From Oscillospiraceae bacterium (GTDB taxonomy: Bacteria; Bacillota; Clostridia; Oscillospirales; Acutalibacteraceae): a stretch of DNA of 37,390 nt. Every line of letters begins with the position of its first letter. Position 1 is the stretch's first letter. The stretch covers positions 1-37,390 of the forward strand of contig JAFLUO010000001.1 of NCBI GenBank assembly GCA_022508705.1, read 5' to 3'. The translations under genes and the position numbers were made by a program. The notes beneath the pieces are model-generated. The model did no database searches. It was not told where the DNA came from and saw nothing but the letters and a program-made list of their open reading frames with translations. Below are positions 32,137-37,390 of the stretch, one piece after another.

Positions 32137-34776
32137 ATGGAATGGACAGGACTTAATGAACTAAGAGAAAAATATTTATCGTTTTTTGAAAGCAAGGGGC
32201 ATTTGCGCCTTGACAGTTTTTCTCTTATCCCTAACAATGACAAGAGCTTGTTACTTATAAATTCGGGCATGGCTCCCATGAAAAAATACTTTACAGGTGA
32301 AATAACACCACCAAGAAAGCGTGTTACCACCTGCCAGAAATGTATCAGAACTCCCGATATTGAAAATGTTGGTAAGACTGCACGCCACGGCACTTATTTT
32401 GAAATGCTCGGCAATTTCTCATTCGGCGATTATTTTAAAAAAGAGGTAATCCCGTGGGCATGGGAATTTTTTACCGAGGTTTTGGAAATAGATCCTGAAA
32501 AGCTTTATATCACGGTTTATGAAGAGGACGACGAGGCATACGATATCTGGACAAAGGACGTAGGCGTTGACCCGTCTCACGTTTACCGTATGGGCAAAGC
32601 GGACAACTTCTGGGAGCACGGCGCAGGCCCTTGCGGTCCTTGCTCTGAAATTCACTATGACCGCGGTGAAGAATACGGCTGCGGTAAGCCCGACTGTAAA
32701 GTCGGCTGTGACTGCGACAGATATATGGAAGTTTGGAACCTTGTTTTCACTCAGTTTGATAACGACGGAAATAATAATTATTCACGTCTTGCAAACCCCA
32801 ATATTGATACGGGTATGGGTCTTGAAAGACTTGCCTGCATTTCTCAGGGTGTTGACAATCTTTTTGAGGTTGACACCGTTCAGAATATCATGAAGCATAT
32901 TATGAAGATAGCAAACGTTGAATATCATAAGGACCCCGTAAAGGATATTTCTCTCCGTGTTATCACAGACCATATCAGAAGCACTACTATGATGATCGGC
33001 GACGGTGTTATGCCGTCAAATGAGGGCAGGGGTTATGTTTTACGCCGCCTTCTTCGCCGTGCGGCACGCCACGGAAGATTACTCGGTATTGACCGCCCGT
33101 TCCTTGCTGAGGTTTGCGAGACTGTTATAAAAGAAAATGCAGGTGCATATCCGAATCTTCTTGAAAAGAAAGATTTCATTATAAAGGTAATTTCCATTGA
33201 AGAAGAAAATTTCTATAAAACCATTGATTCAGGTCTTCAGATACTTGAAAAAATGATTGCTGAGAGCGACGGCGTTTGCCTGTCGGGTGAAGATGCGTTC
33301 AAGCTTTCAGACACCTTTGGTTTCCCAATTGACCTTACAAAAGAAATTCTTGAAGAGAGAAAAATGGCGGTTGATGAGGAAAAATTCCGTGAACTCGTTA
33401 AAGAACAGCATGACAGAGCAAGAAATGCCCGTAAAGATGCAGGCAAAGAGGCTTGGGTAGGTTCTGAAAACGCTACAAAGGACATGCCCGCAACGACCTT
33501 TTTAGGCTATAACGAATATTCCTGCAATGCAAAAATCACCGCAATTATTGCTGACAGCAGTAAGGTGGATTTCGTTTCAAACGGAGACAATGCTACAATA
33601 GTTCTTGACAGCACCGTATTTTACGGCGAGGGCGGCGGACAAGTCGGAGATATAGGCAAAATAACTGCCGACGGCTCAGTCTTCACGGTAACCTCAACCA
33701 CGAAAACCGCTGAGGGTGTTTTCCTTCATCACGGATATGTGAGCGATGGGGAGAGCATTTCAGTTCAGTCAGAGGCTTTGGCAGAAATTGATACAGACAA
33801 CAGAAAGTCAATTATGAGAAACCATACCTCTGCGCATATTTTGCAGGCAACCTTGAGAAAACTCCTCGGCACACACGTTGAGCAGGCAGGTCAGCTTGTA
33901 AATGCAGAGGAAATGAGATTTGACTTTTCACATTTCTCCGCTCTCACATCCGAAGAGCTTAAAGCAGTTGAAAACGGAGTAAATAACGTTATTTTTGCAT
34001 CTATGCCCGTTGCGACTGATGAAATGAATATTGAAGAGGCTAAAAAGCAGGGTGCAATGGCTCTTTTCAGCGAAAAATACGGCGATGTTGTCCGTGTTGT
34101 AAAAATCGGAGATTATTCAACTGAGCTTTGCGGCGGCACTCATGTTAAGAATACGTCAGAAATCGGTCTTTTCAAAATTATTTCCGAGTCTTCGGTAGCG
34201 GCAGGGGTTAGAAGAATTACCGCTGTTACGGGCAAGGGCGTTCTTGAATATATAAACAAGAACAACGAACTCATTGCTAAAACTGCTGAGAATATGAAGC
34301 TTGCCAATACTGCCGACATTGCAAAGCGTGCGGCGGCTGTGGCAAGTGAGCTTAAAGATAAAGAAAAGGAAATCGCAAAGCTTAAAGATGAAATAAATGC
34401 GTTTAAGACATCGGAATTTGCGTCAAATGCAGTAGATGTTGATGGCGTAAAGCTTGTTGTATACTGCGCAGGTGAGGAATCTGCCGACAGTCTTAAATCC
34501 ATGGCTGCAAATGTATGTGATACAGAAGAAGCTGCTGTTGCTGTTATAGCAGGCACGAATCAGGAAAAAGGCACAGCGTCATTTGTTTGCGCTTGTAACA
34601 AGGCGGCAATCGCAAAGGGCGCTCATGCAGGTAATATCGTTCGTGAAGTGGCTAAGGTTGCAGACGGAAACGGCGGCGGCAAGCCTGACATGGCAATGGC
34701 AGGCGGCAAGAATCTTTCAAAGGTTGACGAGGCTCTTGCCAAAACCAATGATATACTGAAAAATCTTTTGAAATAA
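32137..34776 (+). CDS. alaS: Alanine--tRNA ligase
   Basis: 879 aa with class-II AlaRS motifs (FFESKGHLRLDSFSLIP, RHGTYFEMLGNFSFGDYFK, WNLVFTQF). The editing domain has HTSAHIL and CGGTHV. There is a C-terminal DHHA1-like region (GGGKPDMAMAGG). Confidence 0.97.
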   Translation: MEWTGLNELREKYLSFFESKGHLRLDSFSLIPNNDKSLLLINSGMAPMKKYFTGEITPPRKRVTTCQKCIRTPDIENVGKTARHGTYFEMLGNFSFGDYFKKEVIPWAWEFFTEVLEIDPEKLYITVYEEDDEAYDIWTKDVGVDPSHVYRMGKADNFWEHGAGPCGPCSEIHYDRGEEYGCGKPDCKVGCDCDRYMEVWNLVFTQFDNDGNNNYSRLANPNIDTGMGLERLACISQGVDNLFEVDTVQNIMKHIMKIANVEYHKDPVKDISLRVITDHIRSTTMMIGDGVMPSNEGRGYVLRRLLRRAARHGRLLGIDRPFLAEVCETVIKENAGAYPNLLEKKDFIIKVISIEEENFYKTIDSGLQILEKMIAESDGVCLSGEDAFKLSDTFGFPIDLTKEILEERKMAVDEEKFRELVKEQHDRARNARKDAGKEAWVGSENATKDMPATTFLGYNEYSCNAKITAIIADSSKVDFVSNGDNATIVLDSTVFYGEGGGQVGDIGKITADGSVFTVTSTTKTAEGVFLHHGYVSDGESISVQSEALAEIDTDNRKSIMRNHTSAHILQATLRKLLGTHVEQAGQLVNAEEMRFDFSHFSALTSEELKAVENGVNNVIFASMPVATDEMNIEEAKKQGAMALFSEKYGDVVRVVKIGDYSTELCGGTHVKNTSEIGLFKIISESSVAAGVRRITAVTGKGVLEYINKNNELIAKTAENMKLANTADIAKRAAAVASELKDKEKEIAKLKDEINAFKTSEFASNAVDVDGVKLVVYCAGEESADSLKSMAANVCDTEEAAVAVIAGTNQEKGTASFVCACNKAAIAKGAHAGNIVREVAKVADGNGGGKPDMAMAGGKNLSKVDEALAKTNDILKNLLK

Positions 34777-34783
34777 GGAGACA

Positions 34784-35128
34784 GTGCAGATTATGGATTG
34801 CTTATTTTGTAAACTGATTGCAGGGGAAATCCCGTCAACAAAGATTTATGAGGATGAAAAGATCCTTTGCTTTAAAGATATTGCACCGCAGACAGATGTT
34901 CATTTGCTTGTAACTCCAAAAGAGCATATTTGCTGTGCCAATGCAATTACAAGTGAAAATTCAGGTATCGTTGCCTATATTTTCGAGAAAATTCCTGAAA
35001 TTGCAAAATCTGTGGGTGTTACTGATTACCGCATAATAAATAACTGCGGTGAGGGTGCAGGGCAAACGGTAAAGCATCTTCATTTTCACATTTTGAGCGG
35101 TCCTAACCTTAATGAAAAGTTGGTGTAA
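34784..35128 (+). CDS. HIT-family (histidine triad) nucleotide-binding protein
   Basis: CLFCKLIAGEIPS plus the histidine triad HLHFHIL. The start is either GTG at 34784 (only 3 nt after AGGAG) or ATG at 34793. Confidence 0.9.
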   Translation: MQIMDCLFCKLIAGEIPSTKIYEDEKILCFKDIAPQTDVHLLVTPKEHICCANAITSENSGIVAYIFEKIPEIAKSVGVTDYRIINNCGEGAGQTVKHLHFHILSGPNLNEKLV

Positions 35129-35131
35129 CTA

Positions 35132-37258
35132 ATGAAAAGACCGTTTGCGTTAATAGGAATAGTTTGCTTTATCGCATCGGTTATTTTGGGGTATTTCGGC
35201 GTTTTTACAGTCAGTGTCATTTGTTTTTCGGCACTGGCTGTATTTTTATTGTCTTTAATTTTAATTTCGCCCGCTTCAAAGAAAAGTTTTATTATTTACG
35301 CTTCTTTCGCCGTTGCGGCGGTTTCGGTTTCAATGCTATTTATTATGAAAGATATAGATTCTGTATCTGTTTATAATGATAATACCGTTGATTTTTCAGG
35401 AACTGTTACAAGCAGTGAATATTATTCTACATATGAGAAACTTGAAATCAAGGTAAACAATGTAAACGGTAAAAAAGAAAATTTTCGCATCACGGTTTAC
35501 AGTAATGAAAAGACAGGTCTTTCAGATGGCGATAAAATCTCAGCAAATGCAAAATTCACGCCCATAAACAATGACAAAAAGACAGAAAAATCGTTGCTTG
35601 CAGATAAAATTTATTTCAACGCCAATAATATGTCAGAGCTTACCGTTAAAGGTGAAAACATTTATTACAAAGCGGTTTATAAAATCAAGCATGCTTATAA
35701 AACCGCCGTTCAGTCATATCTTCCCAATGAATTGGGCGCAGTAGCTCTTGGAATGACAATAGGCGATAGAGACGGAATGAGCACATATTTGCGAAATTGC
35801 TTTAACTATTCGGGAACTGCTCATCTGCTTGTGGTTTCAGGTCTTCATTTAACTCTGTGGACTCTTATTATTTCAAATTTTATACCCGTTTTACGCAAAA
35901 GAAAGTTTTTGAATATGGCGGTAACGTCTGCCGTTATTATTTTGTATTTAGCGCTTACGGGTTTTTCTGTGTCGGTTGTACGGGCTGGCGTTATGCTTTT
36001 TATATTAAAATTTGCAAAACTTCTGAATAGAGATTTCGACAGTCTGAATGCCCTTGGATTTGCCATATCAATTTTGTTAATCAAAAATCCCTTTTCCGTA
36101 AATTCGGTTTCTCTTTTGCTCTCAATGGGTTCAACGCTCGGTCTTATTTTATTTGCAGGCAAAATTCACGATTTCATTTATAAAAGCAAGATAGGTAAAG
36201 TCATTACTAAATACTCATTCGGCAGACTTATTGCGGATTCCTTTGCAGTCAGCGTTTCCGTATCTGTGTTCACATTGCCCGTATTTATTCTGTTTTTTGA
36301 TATGTTCCCCGTGTTCTCTTTTATTTCAAATGTTTTCATCATAGATTTATCAACAGTTTTAATGGTTTTGTCAGTGCTCGGTGCGCTGGCGCATTTTTGC
36401 GGTATTTTCCCCATTGCAAAATGTCTTTTCTACTTTTCGGGACTGATTACAAGAATTATTGTTTTTTTAGCAGAAAAAATCGGAATGTTAAAGTATTCGA
36501 CAGTTGCGGTCTCTTCAAGATATTTCAAAGTTTTTCTATTATTTGCCGTTATAATATCGGTGATATTGCTTTTGATTTTAAGAAATCGGAAAAAAGCAAA
36601 AGCGGTAATTTTGTCAGCAGTTTTAATAACGGGATTTGTGTTTACGGTGTTTGTCAATGAAAATTTTGAAGCCGTTCACCCGTCGGTTGACATTTCGTTT
36701 AGTAATAACTGCGTGTGTGCCTTAGTTCGTGACGGATATGACAGCGTTTTTGTGGGCGCAAAAAGCCGAAACGCAAGCTACATTGCGGGTGATATGCTAA
36801 ACCGTCATAATCTTAAAACCATAGGGTGCATTTATGTAAGTAATACTGATGCTTACACCTTTGCCGACATTCAAAATATTACAAATGATTATCCGTCTGC
36901 ATCTTTTGCATTTGCAGGGAATATAGTACCGCTTTTAAAAACCGAAAACTGCAAAGAAAACGTAAAATCAATAACGCTTAATAACGCCATATCAATAAAT
37001 GCCTTATCAGAAAAATCAGTTATAATAACTTGCGGTGATGAGGATATTTTTATCTCTTGTGATAAATCAATGCAAAATCTATTGGAATTTAACGGAAAAT
37101 ATGATATAATTATTTTAAATACAGATGCCTTTGCTTCTTACGGTGAAGAGGCAGAAAATTATTTGAAAAGCGCACAGTCGCAAATAATTATTTTAGACAG
37201 CTCGCAAATCATTGTTTATCCAAATGCAAGAATAATTTACTATTTGGAGAGTTTTTAA
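35132..37258 (+). CDS. comEC: ComEC/Rec2-family DNA-uptake channel protein with a degenerate C-terminal metallo-beta-lactamase-like region
   Basis: N-terminal TM helices plus an OB-like region. Competence-domain signature GMTIGDRDGMS...FNYSGTAHLLVVSGLHLTL. Many TM helices. No HxHxDH motif occurs anywhere in the 708 aa. Confidence 0.88.
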   Translation: MKRPFALIGIVCFIASVILGYFGVFTVSVICFSALAVFLLSLILISPASKKSFIIYASFAVAAVSVSMLFIMKDIDSVSVYNDNTVDFSGTVTSSEYYSTYEKLEIKVNNVNGKKENFRITVYSNEKTGLSDGDKISANAKFTPINNDKKTEKSLLADKIYFNANNMSELTVKGENIYYKAVYKIKHAYKTAVQSYLPNELGAVALGMTIGDRDGMSTYLRNCFNYSGTAHLLVVSGLHLTLWTLIISNFIPVLRKRKFLNMAVTSAVIILYLALTGFSVSVVRAGVMLFILKFAKLLNRDFDSLNALGFAISILLIKNPFSVNSVSLLLSMGSTLGLILFAGKIHDFIYKSKIGKVITKYSFGRLIADSFAVSVSVSVFTLPVFILFFDMFPVFSFISNVFIIDLSTVLMVLSVLGALAHFCGIFPIAKCLFYFSGLITRIIVFLAEKIGMLKYSTVAVSSRYFKVFLLFAVIISVILLLILRNRKKAKAVILSAVLITGFVFTVFVNENFEAVHPSVDISFSNNCVCALVRDGYDSVFVGAKSRNASYIAGDMLNRHNLKTIGCIYVSNTDAYTFADIQNITNDYPSASFAFAGNIVPLLKTENCKENVKSITLNNAISINALSEKSVIITCGDEDIFISCDKSMQNLLEFNGKYDIIILNTDAFASYGEEAENYLKSAQSQIIILDSSQIIVYPNARIIYYLESF

Positions 37259-37390
37259 TGGCACTTATTCGTGAAGAAGATTTAAAGAAACAAATCAAAG
37301 ACGGACAAATGAATAATTGCTATCTTTTCTTCGGAGACGAGGAGTATTTGAAGCAGTTTTATATAAAAAAAATATGCTCAAAATTCGTCA
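37258..37390 (+). CDS. holA: DNA polymerase III delta subunit, N-terminal fragment (continues beyond the window)
   Basis: The ATG overlaps the comEC stop codon (TAATG). The translation MALIREEDLKKQIKDGQMNNCYLFFGDEEYLKQFYIKKI resembles HolA N-termini. The comEC-holA order is conserved in Firmicutes. Only 44 codons are visible. Confidence 0.55.
   Translation, partial: MALIREEDLKKQIKDGQMNNCYLFFGDEEYLKQFYIKKICSKFV

Noticed and set aside
31836-32393. Minus-strand ORFs 31836-32060 and 32121-32393
   Set aside because: The first spans two terminator hairpins and AT-rich spacer. The second is antisense to the start of alaS. Neither has an RBS or a plausible protein sequence.
12856-34556. Larger antisense ORFs inside well-supported genes: 12856-13248, 14657-15052, 18321-18761, 25895-26281, 32567-32893, 34140-34556 and the many 60-100-aa ones
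   Set aside because: Each is fully embedded antisense or out of frame in a gene with strong family motifs. Their translations are low-complexity (Ser/Ala/Thr- or Arg-rich) with no RBS, which is typical of shadow frames.
1-37390. Window-wide search for tRNA/rRNA genes, CRISPR repeats, IS elements, integrases, reverse transcriptases, toxin-antitoxin pairs or known phage-defence genes
   Set aside because: None were seen. No non-coding gap exceeds about 290 nt. No direct repeat arrays are present, and no ORF carries transposase, integrase, RT, nuclease-helicase or ATPase-defence-like motifs.

Overview
This is a chromosomal segment from a low-GC Gram-positive anaerobe. It is probably a Ruminococcus-like member of the Clostridia, because two secreted proteins end in type-I dockerin modules; that taxonomic call is inference. 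I support 31 protein-coding genes. Two of them run off the window edges and are missing from the ORF track: a GH95-like hydrolase at 1-2247 (-) and the start of holA at 37258 (+). I found no rRNA, tRNA, CRISPR array, transposase, integrase or recognisable phage or defence gene.

Content from left to right:
- GH95-like glycosidase.
- A 1663-aa non-catalytic Ig-repeat dockerin protein.
- An AT-rich islet with an orphan membrane protein and a membrane-tethered XRE regulator.
- A ZIP metal transporter, then a second membrane-tethered XRE regulator.
- A nitroreductase.
- A tightly packed six-gene minus-strand operon: acyl-CoA ligase, Na+/solute symporter, iorA, iorB, PaaK-type ligase, ACT protein.
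- An amidohydrolase.
- A three-gene cassette: ECF-type sigma factor, membrane anti-sigma-like protein with an Ig-like ectodomain, BspA-type LRR dockerin protein.
- A metF / split-metH cluster plus a YczE-like membrane protein.
- A flavin-reductase-rubredoxin fusion.
- A small XRE repressor divergent from a surface protein, with palindromic operators between them.
- alaS, a HIT protein, comEC and holA.

The best candidate for an undescribed system is the sigma / anti-sigma-like / dockerin-LRR cassette (20.65-24.8 kb), a possible surface-sensing circuit that controls a cellulosome- or amylosome-docked protein. The second candidate is the transporter + two ligases + IOR + ACT operon, read as an arylacetate uptake and reductive-carboxylation route.

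All family calls come from reading motifs by eye. No homology search was run.
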